Shown: one piece after another, positions 1 to 8,819 of the stretch
How the letters are laid out: every line of letters starts with the position of its first letter
Position numbering within the stretch: position 1 is the first letter of the stretch
From: a virus
Virus record (IMG/VR): IMGVR_UViG_3300046674_000373
Location: 1 to 64,000 of that record
Length of the DNA: 64,000 bases
Direction: 5' to 3' (one strand)
Notes under the pieces: model-generated
What the model was told of the DNA's origin: nothing
The model's input: the letters and a program-made list of their open reading frames with translations, nothing else
The model's database searches: none
Made by a program: the position numbers and the translations under genes

Positions 1-797
1 GGCGTAGCAGGCTCCTCTGCAACGGCCGGCGCTGCGCCCTGGAGCGCGTCGATCAGGTCGAGGTGGAAATGCAGCAGCTGCTTGCTGTTCTGGCTCTTCC
101 CCTGCCAGGCCGCGCTGCCGTCGTTGGCCGACTTCAGGCCTTCGATGTCACCTGCGTCGGCCAGGTCCTTCAGCTTCGCGGCGAGCTTCTGGTAGAACGG
201 GGTCGCCTTATAGTTCGGGTCGAATTGCGGCAGTTCCGGCAGACCCGCGGCTGGTGATGCTGATGTAGGCGTGGCATCCGGCGTCGGATCGGTGGTTGGG
301 CTTTGATCCGCTGGTGCAGGCGCAGCGGGCTCCGCCGGCGCATGCTCGACGGCCGCATGCCAGCCGGCGCCCTGTCCCGGGCTGACCTTATGCTTCGACC
401 CCATCTGCTCGAGCAGGTAGTTGGCGACCAGGACCTGCTTCTTCGCGTGCGTGTTGGTGCCGTATTTGCTGCCGACGATGGCGGTCGCATCGCCTTGCGC
501 GGCGTGCCCCAGTAGCGTCGGCAGGTGCTTGTCGTTGAACGCCGCCATCTCGGGATTCTTGGCGGCCTTCTCAGCTGGGTACTTCAGCTGGTCGATCTGC
601 TCGTTCGTCAGGACAACGGGCGCGTGCACACCGGCGGCAGTCGGGTGCGCGCTGAGTGGGGCACCCTTGGGGGCTGGCTTGTCGTGGTGAATTTTATGCC
701 ATCGGCCGCCGTACAGCGCGAAACCAGGCTGGTGCGCGATCTTGACCTGGTCGGATTTGAAAATGTAGAGGCGCGGCGCGCTGGCGAGGGTGTCCAT
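1..797 (-). CDS. N-terminal part of a large Pro/Ala-rich protein, probably virion/head-associated; runs off the window
   Basis: Open frame from ATG 797 (MDTLASAPRLYIFKSDQVK...) to the window edge; late-promoter motif directly upstream. Confidence 0.75.
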   Translation of the reverse strand, partial: MDTLASAPRLYIFKSDQVKIAHQPGFALYGGRWHKIHHDKPAPKGAPLSAHPTAAGVHAPVVLTNEQIDQLKYPAEKAAKNPEMAAFNDKHLPTLLGHAAQGDATAIVGSKYGTNTHAKKQVLVANYLLEQMGSKHKVSPGQGAGWHAAVEHAPAEPAAPAPADQSPTTDPTPDATPTSASPAAGLPELPQFDPNYKATPFYQKLAAKLKDLADAGDIEGLKSANDGSAAWQGKSQNSKQLLHFHLDLIDALQGAAPAVAEEPAT

Positions 798-803
798 GCC
801 ACC

Positions 804-819
804 ATATTCGCGTCACGAT
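804..819 (-). promoter_or_regulatory. putative late promoter (ATCGTGAC-GCG-A-AT-AT), leaderless
   Basis: Recurrent motif; ATG 7 nt after the final T. Confidence 0.7.
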
Positions 820-1136
820 CCCGCCGCAGGCATCTCGCCGCGATTGCGCGCGTACAGCGCCCTGGAGTCGAACGGCTTATACTTGATCTTCTGGGCTTCC
901 AGATTGGTCAGCAGCTCCTTGGTCCAGACATACTCCGGCATCTTTTGCTGCAGGCGCTTGATCTCGCGAGCGGCCTTGGCCGGCGTCGACCGTGGCTCCC
1001 ACAGCATCAGGCGACCGGGATCCTGTGGAGGGAAGCCGGGCACGCTGACGAGGATCATCGTCCGTTTCCTCTGCTTGCGCTGTTCCGCCTGCTCCTCGCG
1101 CATCTGCTCCGGGATCGGTTTCTGGCCCTCGCTCAT
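813..1136 (-). CDS. hypothetical protein
   Basis: MSEGQKPIPEQ..., in operon orientation. Confidence 0.6.
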   Translation of the reverse strand: MSEGQKPIPEQMREEQAEQRKQRKRTMILVSVPGFPPQDPGRLMLWEPRSTPAKAAREIKRLQQKMPEYVWTKELLTNLEAQKIKYKPFDSRALYARNRGEMPAAGS

Positions 1137-1405
1137 CGCACCATTTCTGCGGCCAGCGTCAGCCCGCAGAGCCAGCCGAGCACGCCACACATCAGGAAGA
1201 ACACGACGCCGACACCGGCCTCGCCCAGCTCGCGACGATACCGCTTCATAGCAGCGCCCACCACACACCACCCCAGAACGGCACGCACACGGCCAGGATG
1301 ATGGCGAGCCCCAGTCGCGGGCTCTTGCGCTCGCGCGCAGACGCCGGCGGCACAGTTACAGTTGCGGAATCCATGCTGTCTCCTTCGATTGCAGGAACGG
1401 TACCG

Positions 1406-1576
1406 TCACGCCCGCACGAGTGCGCGGGTCCGATAGGTGATCACGTCGCGGATGGTCGACTCGCCCACGCCGTACTTTCTGGCCAGCGCGCCGTAGCCGT
1501 GGCCGCGCTTTCCGGGCTGGTGCAGGCTCCGGATCTCGCGCACCTGGTCGTCGGTGAGGATTCGGCGTCGGGTCAT
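1406..1576 (-). CDS. small HTH DNA-binding protein
   Basis: LTDDQVREIR...ALARKYGVGESTIRDVI; ATGA overlap with upstream gene. Confidence 0.75.
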   Translation of the reverse strand: MTRRRILTDDQVREIRSLHQPGKRGHGYGALARKYGVGESTIRDVITYRTRALVRA

Positions 1577-1884
1577 CCAGCCACTCCCGCCGACGGCGCA
1601 TGCGTCACCTCGAACCCCAGCTCGCGCGCGATGTGGTGCTCCAGAGAGGCACCCTTCGACATCTGCCATCCCGGCAGCATGTGGATGCGCGTGCACGTCA
1701 TCATCAGGGGTAGGTCGGCACGCATGTAGTCGGCCCAGGTCGCGCCGTTGGCGAGCTTCACCTCGGCCGGGTTGACCACCTCGTAGCCGAGCGCCCGGTA
1801 CCACGCTGCCTCCGCATTGAATGCCGGGGCGTTGAACTGCGGGACACCGGTCATTGGACCGCTGAGATAGATGCGGCCCTTCAT
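1573..1884 (-). CDS. DUF4406-like (nucleoside deoxyribosyltransferase fold) protein
   Basis: IYLSGPMTG...VVNPA...MLPGWQMSKGASLEH. Confidence 0.85.
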   Translation of the reverse strand: MKGRIYLSGPMTGVPQFNAPAFNAEAAWYRALGYEVVNPAEVKLANGATWADYMRADLPLMMTCTRIHMLPGWQMSKGASLEHHIARELGFEVTHAPSAGVAG

Positions 1885-3425
1885 GCTGCCACTTCCATCT
1901 CGCGCTCGTGCGCGAAATTCGCCTCGATCAGCGCGCGCGCCAGCGGCGGGCAGACGCTGTTGCCGATCATGCGGATCTGCGACGCTTTCGAGAGCTTCTT
2001 GCCGTTGTAGTACGGGTCGAGGACGTAGGTGTCCGGGAAGCCCTGCGCACGCGCCAGCTCGCGCGGCGTCAGCATACGCATGCCGATGTCGACGATCTGG
2101 TAATCCTGGCCGCGGATGGTGACCAGGCCGATGCGATCCTTCGTCGGGATCGTGTGCATCGGGTCGGTCGCCGGCTGGTCTTGGCCGCCCTCGCTATAGT
2201 ATTTGATCAGGAAGGCGCGGACCTCGGCGTGGTGTGTGCCGCCGGCGCTAATCGTATGCAGCGGCTCGCGGATGTCGGCCGTGCTGCTGGTACCGCGCAG
2301 CTTCACCAGGTTACTCGTCACCACAGCATGGTGATCGGTCGTGGTCACAGTGCCGAACGGGACTTTGACGCCCGTCCCGACCACGCCGCCGTAGTGCTTG
2401 GCGAGCATGGCGGACACCAGCGCGAAGTGGCCGCCCTTCACCTCCGCGCAGATCGTGTTGAGCGGCTTCTCCATCGACATTACGCGCTGGACGCTTGCGT
2501 TGGCGTGCTCGGTGAGGAACGGTGCCAGATTGCCGACGACGAATGGCTCGTCCGAGTCGACGATGTACTTCTTCACGCCCTTGGCGATGCGCGTCAGGGT
2601 CTTTTCCGCCAGCGGCTTAGAGCGCTCGAAGATGCTCGGGCACGGGATCGACCAGTCGATGCAGTCGGCCGCGGTGAGCCATGGCTTCAACCCGCTCGCG
2701 ACGAAGCCGGGCTGCTTCGGATTGCCGTGGGTCGGCTTGGGCCACACGATCGGGCGGCCGTCACGGCGAGCGAAGATGAACAGGCGCTTGCGGATGGTCG
2801 GAGTGCCGTAGTCGCAGGCGCGCAGGATCCGGTGCTCGACCTTGTAACCCAGCCCAGTGTGCAGGCGCTCCATCGGGAAGTCGGCGCCGAGCGCGTCGAA
2901 GATTTCCTGCTCGTCCGGGTGCCCCCGCTCCAGGCCGGTGGTGAGCGCGGCGAGGAAGGCTTGGAACGTGCGGCCCTTCAGGGCCTTGATCGGCTTGCCA
3001 TGGCTGTCGATTGGGCCCCAGTCGCGGAACTCTTCGACGTTCTCCAGGCCGATGCAGCGCGGCATCTGGAACGTGGCCCACTTGAGGGTGACCCAGGCCA
3101 AGCCGCGGATCTTCTTGTCCTTCGGCTTGCCGCCCTTGGCCTTGCTGTGGTGCTTGCAGTCCGGGCTGAACCAGGCAAGCCCGATCGGACGGTTCTGGGT
3201 GATGAAGCCCGGGTGGATGTTGAACACATCCTCCTCGTAATGGGCTGTGTCGGGGTGATTCGCGCTGTGCATGGCCAGCGCCTCGCCGTCGTGGTTGATG
3301 GCGATGTCGATCTCGCGGCCGAGCGCCATCTCGATGCCGGTGGAGGCACCGCCGCCGCCGGCGAAGTTATCGATCACCAGTTCGTTGCCGAGATCGAGGT
3401 CCAGAGTGAATTCGTCGCGCCTCAT
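1881..3425 (-). CDS. DNA (cytosine-5) methyltransferase
   Basis: FAGGGG (I), SPDC (IV), ENV (VI), RKRLF (VIII), RMLTPRELARAQGF (IX), GNSV (X). Confidence 0.95.
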   Translation of the reverse strand: MRRDEFTLDLDLGNELVIDNFAGGGGASTGIEMALGREIDIAINHDGEALAMHSANHPDTAHYEEDVFNIHPGFITQNRPIGLAWFSPDCKHHSKAKGGKPKDKKIRGLAWVTLKWATFQMPRCIGLENVEEFRDWGPIDSHGKPIKALKGRTFQAFLAALTTGLERGHPDEQEIFDALGADFPMERLHTGLGYKVEHRILRACDYGTPTIRKRLFIFARRDGRPIVWPKPTHGNPKQPGFVASGLKPWLTAADCIDWSIPCPSIFERSKPLAEKTLTRIAKGVKKYIVDSDEPFVVGNLAPFLTEHANASVQRVMSMEKPLNTICAEVKGGHFALVSAMLAKHYGGVVGTGVKVPFGTVTTTDHHAVVTSNLVKLRGTSSTADIREPLHTISAGGTHHAEVRAFLIKYYSEGGQDQPATDPMHTIPTKDRIGLVTIRGQDYQIVDIGMRMLTPRELARAQGFPDTYVLDPYYNGKKLSKASQIRMIGNSVCPPLARALIEANFAHEREMEVAA

Positions 3426-3619
3426 TTGGCACGCTCGCTAGGACCGGTCAGCGAAACTGCAAATGCTTTGCAAGGGGGCGACTCGTACACGAACACGAAC
3501 TCAGGTGAAAAGCCCTGGAGCCTCGCGAGCTCGGACGATGTGAGCATGCGCAGCGGCATTTCCGCATAGAGAAGCTCCCAGTTAACAGCCGGGACGGCTG
3601 GGACGAGGCCGCCCATCAT
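3422..3619 (-). CDS. mini-protein carrying C5-MTase motif IX and motif IV fragments
   Basis: RMLTSSELARLQGF then SPPCKAF; overlaps both neighbours by ATGA. Confidence 0.55.
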   Translation of the reverse strand: MMGGLVPAVPAVNWELLYAEMPLRMLTSSELARLQGFSPEFVFVYESPPCKAFAVSLTGPSERAK

Positions 3620-4134
3620 GCCGCACGCTCCAGCACGTCAACCTGCCGCTCCGCCATGCGCACCAGACGCGGATCGGCCTGTCGCAGAACTTCCAGCAGC
3701 AGCCGTTTCTCTTCGAGATAGACCACGGCGAACTTCGGATCGTGCCGCACGATCGAGGATGTGTTGCTGATGAGGTCCGCGCACTTGATCGACTGAATCC
3801 ACCCCTCGGCGCGCGACAGGCGCTCGCGCGATGCGGCCTTGCGCGCGGCGCGGTTGCCCGTCTCGAGGTCGGACAGGTCGCGCACTCCCGACGCGATCAC
3901 GAAGCTGAACTCGCGCTGCAGCTCGTCGAACGTGACGCCCTGGTCTTCCATGCAGTCGTGCAGCCAGGAGACAGCGATAGCAGTGTCCAAGGTGACACCC
4001 GGCAGCTCGCCAGTAGCGGCGACAATACCCGCCACTTCGGCCAAGTGATCAGCGTAGGGGTTCCCAGTGTATTTGCGCTGCTGAGCGGCGTGCACGCGGC
4101 GCGCGAATTGCATTGCTTTGAAGGCGAATGTCAC
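3616..4134 (-). CDS. HD-domain hydrolase, SpoT/Mesh1-like (small alarmone hydrolase)
   Basis: RKYTGNPYADH...LHDCMED...IKCADLISN. Confidence 0.85.
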   Translation of the reverse strand: MTFAFKAMQFARRVHAAQQRKYTGNPYADHLAEVAGIVAATGELPGVTLDTAIAVSWLHDCMEDQGVTFDELQREFSFVIASGVRDLSDLETGNRAARKAASRERLSRAEGWIQSIKCADLISNTSSIVRHDPKFAVVYLEEKRLLLEVLRQADPRLVRMAERQVDVLERAA

Positions 4135-4661
4135 GCGACACCGCCTTTCTTGAACATCCACGGTTCAACGCGGAAGGTCGGGATTACCTCGCCGTCGACG
4201 ACGGGCTGGAGGATGATTGAGTGCTCGCGGACCTGCGGGCCTTCGAAGAACAGCACCGATGTGCCGCGTTCGAAGAAGATCGAGTGCACCTCGTCGGCGC
4301 CCATGGAATAGGTATCGCCTTCCATGTAGGTCTGGCTGCGCCAGGCCCAGAGCCCGCGCTCGACCGCCGTGCTCTCGTATTTTCCAGGCGCGCCGGAGTA
4401 GACAAGCTGCGTGATCTCGTACTCGTCACCGCCGCAGTCGCGCGACCAGACGAGGTTCCGCACTCGGCCGGCGAGCACTTGGCAGTGGAAGTCGAACCGG
4501 TGCGAGTGCGGGATGATGGGCTCCTGGTGCTCGCGCGAGCATTCCATCAGCCGAACCATGCCGGCGTCGCTCGGCGCGCCGATGAGCCAGCTCGTGAGGC
4601 CAGGTATCCCGCCGTAATTACGGACGGGCGAGTGCTTCATCTTGTTGAGGAAGGGCAGCAT
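4131..4661 (-). CDS. cupin-like protein
   Basis: PHSHRFDF...EVHSI His motifs. Confidence 0.6.
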   Translation of the reverse strand: MLPFLNKMKHSPVRNYGGIPGLTSWLIGAPSDAGMVRLMECSREHQEPIIPHSHRFDFHCQVLAGRVRNLVWSRDCGGDEYEITQLVYSGAPGKYESTAVERGLWAWRSQTYMEGDTYSMGADEVHSIFFERGTSVLFFEGPQVREHSIILQPVVDGEVIPTFRVEPWMFKKGGVA

Positions 4662-4732
4662 ACGTTCGTTTAGTTGAAGTTGATCAAGGATTACCTAAAG
4701 CAATTATGCCGCAAATTTGTTGTTTGGTGGGA

Positions 4733-6169
4733 TTATTTCGATGCATTCCCGTGTATTTGGTGCTCTACTGCGACAGCCCTCGGGAACAACGCCCCGCTCA
4801 CCGCGTGCACCGCGCGCCGGCCGGTGAACATCTCCCAGCGGCGCACGATCACGTCGACGTAGACCGGGTCGAGCTCCATCAGGCGCGCCGACATGCCGAG
4901 CCGATCGGCCGCGATCAGGGTCGAGCCGGAACCGCCGAACGCGTCGATGACGATGTCGCCGCGGCGCGCCGACGCGCCCAGCATCTTCTCGACCAGCCCG
5001 ACCGGCTTCATGGTCGGGTGCTCGGCGTTGCGGGACGGCCGCTCGTGGTACAGGACCGATCCGGGCTGCTCCTCGAGGGTGGCATCCCCCGACACGATCA
5101 GGAGGTTGTCGCCGGCGCGGATCGCCCAGCGGCCGTCCTCGAGGCGCGTGACCGGCCCGCCCTCGCCGTATTCAATAATGGTCGTGCGCTTGCGGCCGCC
5201 GTACCACCGGTGTGCAGCGCCCGGCTTCCAGCCATACAGGATGGGCTCGTGCATCCACTGGTAGTCGGAGCGGCCCAGCACCAGGCTCTGTTTGCGCCAG
5301 ATGAGGCAGCCGGACAGCTTGAACCCGGCCTGGCGGAACGTGTCGCGGAAGTTCAGCCCCTCGGTGTCGGCGTGCGCCACGTAGATCGGCGCGCCGGCCT
5401 TGAGCACGGTGAACATGCAGCCGTAGGCGTCGAGCAGGAACTGCCGGAAAGCAGCATCCGGCATCGCGTCGTTCTTGATCGTGAGCCGGTCCTTGGTGCC
5501 GCCCTCGTAACTGACGTTATATGGAGGATCGGTCCATGCGACGTCGGCGCTCTCGCCAGCCATCAGCGTGGCCCAGTCGGCGGGCAACAGCGACGAGCCG
5601 CACATCACCCGATGCGGCCCGCACACCCAGACGTCACCCGAGCGTGAAACCGGCTCGTCCGGCGCCGGCGGCGCTTCATCCGGATCCGCCTGGTGCGCGG
5701 GCGGCTCTACCACCCCGTCGAACAGCTCGGCGAGCGTGTTCTCGTCGAAGCCGGCCATGCCCAGGTCGAACCCCTCGGCGCCGAGCGCGTCGACCTCGTG
5801 CTTGAGCAGGTCGAGGTCCCAGCCGGCCATGGCGGCGAGCTGGTTGTCGGCGAGGATGTAGGCGCGGCGCTGGGCCGGGTTCCAGCCGCTGCAGTCGATC
5901 ACCGGCACCTTGCCCGGCGGGATCGGCGCGCCGCCGGGGAAGCGGATGGTCTCGCCGCGGCGGTAGAGCTCGCCGGCCGCCATGATCCGGCCGTGCCCGG
6001 CGATGACCCCCTCGCCGTCGGCCAGGACGGCATTCGTCCAGCCCCACTCGAGCAACGAGCGCGCTATCGCATCGACCTGCGCCGGGCTGTGGGTCCGGGC
6101 GTTATAAGCGTAGGGGAGGAGTGCATCGATATCGCGCAGCGCGATCTGCGGGACAGCAGGCTCGGGCAA
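4733..6169 (-). CDS. ParB-like N-terminus fused to N6/N4 DNA methyltransferase
   Basis: NARTH/AGHGR/ADNQL ParB motifs; DPPY; HPTMKP; DAFGGSGST; TTG start with GAGGA RBS. Confidence 0.93.
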   Translation of the reverse strand: MPEPAVPQIALRDIDALLPYAYNARTHSPAQVDAIARSLLEWGWTNAVLADGEGVIAGHGRIMAAGELYRRGETIRFPGGAPIPPGKVPVIDCSGWNPAQRRAYILADNQLAAMAGWDLDLLKHEVDALGAEGFDLGMAGFDENTLAELFDGVVEPPAHQADPDEAPPAPDEPVSRSGDVWVCGPHRVMCGSSLLPADWATLMAGESADVAWTDPPYNVSYEGGTKDRLTIKNDAMPDAAFRQFLLDAYGCMFTVLKAGAPIYVAHADTEGLNFRDTFRQAGFKLSGCLIWRKQSLVLGRSDYQWMHEPILYGWKPGAAHRWYGGRKRTTIIEYGEGGPVTRLEDGRWAIRAGDNLLIVSGDATLEEQPGSVLYHERPSRNAEHPTMKPVGLVEKMLGASARRGDIVIDAFGGSGSTLIAADRLGMSARLMELDPVYVDVIVRRWEMFTGRRAVHAVSGALFPRAVAVEHQIHGNASK

Positions 6170-6234
6170 ATCCAGTTCCTCGGCGCGGGGTGCGCCCGAG
6201 AACTGTTGTCGTCACGACAAGTAGGGATCGATCG

Positions 6235-7746
6235 TCAGAACATCGAACCAGGGTCGAGGTCCGCCGGCGGCGCACCTGACTTGGCCGCCGGCGCGCGCGC
6301 CTCGCCCGGCAGCGGGAATAGCTCGCCCGTCACAGCGTGCGCGGCGCGGCGCCCGGTCAGCTGCTGCCAGCGGAGCACGATCGTATCGGCGAAGGCCTCG
6401 TCGAGCTCGATCAGGCGCGCGCACAGGCCCATGCGATCAGCCGCGACCAGCGTGGAGCCAGACCCGCCGAAGCCATCGGCCACGATGTCGCCCGGGCGCG
6501 CCGAGTTGCGCAGCAGGCGCTCGAACAGCTCGACCGGCTTCTGCGTAGGGTGCAGACCGGACTTCGCCGGCTTGCCCACGGAGAGGAACGTGCTCGGGTG
6601 CTCCTCCACGGTCGCGGCGCCGTCAACGACCATGACGGCGTCGCCGATCTTGATCTGCCAGCGGCCGTCCGGCAGCTGCTGGAACGGGCCGCCATCGCCG
6701 AACTCCATCACGGTGGTTTGCTTCCTGCCCCCGTACCAGCGCGACTTGCTGCCCGGCTTGCGGCCCACCAGGATCGGCTCGTGGATCGGCTGGTACCGGG
6801 CCGGTCCGAGCACCAAATTGCTTTTTTTCCAGATGATATTCTGGCTGAACGTGAAGCCGGTGCGGTCGAATTCGGCGCGGAAGGTGCCACCTGCCTTGTC
6901 GCTGTGCGCGACGTAGATCGTGGCGCCGGGCTTCATCACCTCGAACAGGGCCGCGTAGGTACTGGCCATAAACTGGGCGAAGTCGGCGTCCGACATCTTG
7001 TCGTTCTTGATGGTGCCGCTGCTCGATCGATCGCCCGCGCTGCTGGTGCCCGCGGTGGCGGCGTCCATCAGCCGATTCTTACGATCGACGTCCACATTGT
7101 AGGGAGGATCGGTCACGATAATATCGGCCAGCTCGCCCTGCATCACGGCGTCCCAGGCTTCCATGGTGGTGCTGTCGCCCACGTACAGCCGGTGCGGGCC
7201 CATGACCCAGCAATCGCCCTGGCGCGATACCGGGTCGGCCGGCACCTCCGGTACCTCGTCCGGATCGGTCTCGCTTTCCGGGTCCTTCTCCTCGACCAGC
7301 CCTTCCAGCAGTGCCGCGAGCGACTCCTCGGAAAAGCCGACGTCGGCCTCGAGGTCGAAGCCGACGTCGCGCAGATAGTCGGTCTCGGCTTTCAACTCCT
7401 CGAGAGACCAGGAGCTGAGTTCTTGGCTTCTGTTATCCTGGATCACCAGCGCGCGACGCTCGTCTGGCCCCAGGTGGGACAGGTCGATGCACGGCACACG
7501 CACGAGGCCGAGCTTTTTAGCCGCTAAAATCCGGCCATGCCCGGCGAGAATGCCGCCGTCGGCAATCAGCACCGGGTTGGTCCAACCGAAGCGCTGGATC
7601 ATGCGCGTGAGGGCCGCCGTGCTCGCCGGCGTATGCTGGCGCGAGTTGGCAGCATAGGGCAACAGCTCGTCGACCGCGCGCATGACGATCTCGCGCGGCA
7701 TGAAGATGCCGGAATCCTCGGGCCCGACGACGCGCAGGTTTGCCAT
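6235..7746 (-). CDS. ParB-like N-terminus fused to N6/N4 DNA methyltransferase (paralogue)
   Basis: NSRQH/AGHGR; DPPY; HPTQKP; DGFGGSGST. Confidence 0.93.
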   Translation of the reverse strand: MANLRVVGPEDSGIFMPREIVMRAVDELLPYAANSRQHTPASTAALTRMIQRFGWTNPVLIADGGILAGHGRILAAKKLGLVRVPCIDLSHLGPDERRALVIQDNRSQELSSWSLEELKAETDYLRDVGFDLEADVGFSEESLAALLEGLVEEKDPESETDPDEVPEVPADPVSRQGDCWVMGPHRLYVGDSTTMEAWDAVMQGELADIIVTDPPYNVDVDRKNRLMDAATAGTSSAGDRSSSGTIKNDKMSDADFAQFMASTYAALFEVMKPGATIYVAHSDKAGGTFRAEFDRTGFTFSQNIIWKKSNLVLGPARYQPIHEPILVGRKPGSKSRWYGGRKQTTVMEFGDGGPFQQLPDGRWQIKIGDAVMVVDGAATVEEHPSTFLSVGKPAKSGLHPTQKPVELFERLLRNSARPGDIVADGFGGSGSTLVAADRMGLCARLIELDEAFADTIVLRWQQLTGRRAAHAVTGELFPLPGEARAPAAKSGAPPADLDPGSMF

Positions 7747-8468
7747 CAGAACTGGTCGGTCCCGTCATCCGGCACAGCGCGCTCGATCTGCGCCGCCGGC
7801 TCCGGCTCCTGGGTCTCGGCGCCGTCGCGGTCGATCACCACCACGGTACGCGCCGCATCAGCGCCGCGGGCAGCCTGGTCCATGCCATACGCCCGGCACT
7901 CGCCGGTCTGGATCAGCATCAGGGTTTCGGCCGCGATCTTGCCCAGCTTGGCCTTGTCGAGGTCGCCGGACTGGACCGCCTCGTAGATGATCTTGCGCGG
8001 GGCCGACCATTCTTTTCGATGCCTGTCTATGAGTTGCGCGCGCACGTCAACGGCGAACTGTTCGGACAATTCTTTTGCGGCCTCGGCCGCCGCGATCTCG
8101 TCGCTCAATGGTTTCCCCAGGTCGGTCATTTTCGTCTTGAAGCTGTTGGCGAGCTCGCCGGCGCGCGCGCTCAGGTTCTGGATGGCACGCCGGGCCGGCT
8201 TCCAGTCGTCTGTGGCCTTCCAGCGCCGCACGGTGCCGACCGGGACGCCGGTCTCCTTGGCGACCGACTCGCAAGTTGTCCCAGGGACGCCCTCGTACAG
8301 CGCGCGCGCGGTGGCGCGCCGATCAGTCCCCGGGTCCTCGGTCCCGCCAGGGCGCTTGTCGCGCGACGACACACCGCCACGAGCGCGCGGCACCGGGTTC
8401 CCCTGCTCGTCGAGGCGAACCCGGTAGCCGCCGGCCTTCTTGCGCCAGTCTTTGGTGCCCTCGGTCAT
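7746..8468 (-). CDS. HTH protein, terminase small subunit-like
   Basis: ARALYE...SVAKETGVPVGTVRRWK..DDW HTH; next to ParB-MTases. Confidence 0.6.
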   Translation of the reverse strand: MTEGTKDWRKKAGGYRVRLDEQGNPVPRARGGVSSRDKRPGGTEDPGTDRRATARALYEGVPGTTCESVAKETGVPVGTVRRWKATDDWKPARRAIQNLSARAGELANSFKTKMTDLGKPLSDEIAAAEAAKELSEQFAVDVRAQLIDRHRKEWSAPRKIIYEAVQSGDLDKAKLGKIAAETLMLIQTGECRAYGMDQAARGADAARTVVVIDRDGAETQEPEPAAQIERAVPDDGTDQF

Positions 8469-8797
8469 GGTATTGCGGCGACCAGCGCCCACACCACCTT
8501 GCAAGCCAGGTGTACTAACTGGTCAGTGTTCAAGGAGATACGCTGCTCGCACTTGAGCCAATCCGTCCCAGCGTGGATCAGGACCTCGGCGATGCTCAGC
8601 GTCAGCGAACCCGTGATCAGGATCACGAACCCGCCGTGGATCATGGCGTGCGCAAAAAGCGCGTGCGGCCAGAAGGCCTTGCCCAAAGCCGTGTTGCGGT
8701 TCTTCGCATCGGACAGGAACGGGCCCTGCAGAGGGTAGTCGGCCAGTGCGTGTGCAAAGACCAGCAGGAACAGCGTGGTAGCGAACGAGGTCAACAT
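8465..8797 (-). CDS. DUF3307-like membrane protein
   Basis: HALADYPLQ...HAMIH...H..TDWLK...DQLVH. Confidence 0.8.
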   Translation of the reverse strand: MLTSFATTLFLLVFAHALADYPLQGPFLSDAKNRNTALGKAFWPHALFAHAMIHGGFVILITGSLTLSIAEVLIHAGTDWLKCEQRISLNTDQLVHLACKVVWALVAAIP

Positions 8798-8803
8798 GGC
8801 CGC

Positions 8804-8819
8804 AGGATGACATCACGAC
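8804..8819 (-). promoter_or_regulatory. putative late promoter (GTCGTGAT-GTC-A-TC-CT), leaderless
   Basis: Motif; ATG at 8797 is 7 nt after the final T. Confidence 0.7.

Noticed and set aside
1908-3569. 553-aa plus-strand ORF (likewise 28130-30445, 8573-10132, 13520-15049)
   Set aside because: Antisense shadows of motif-bearing genes in GC-rich DNA
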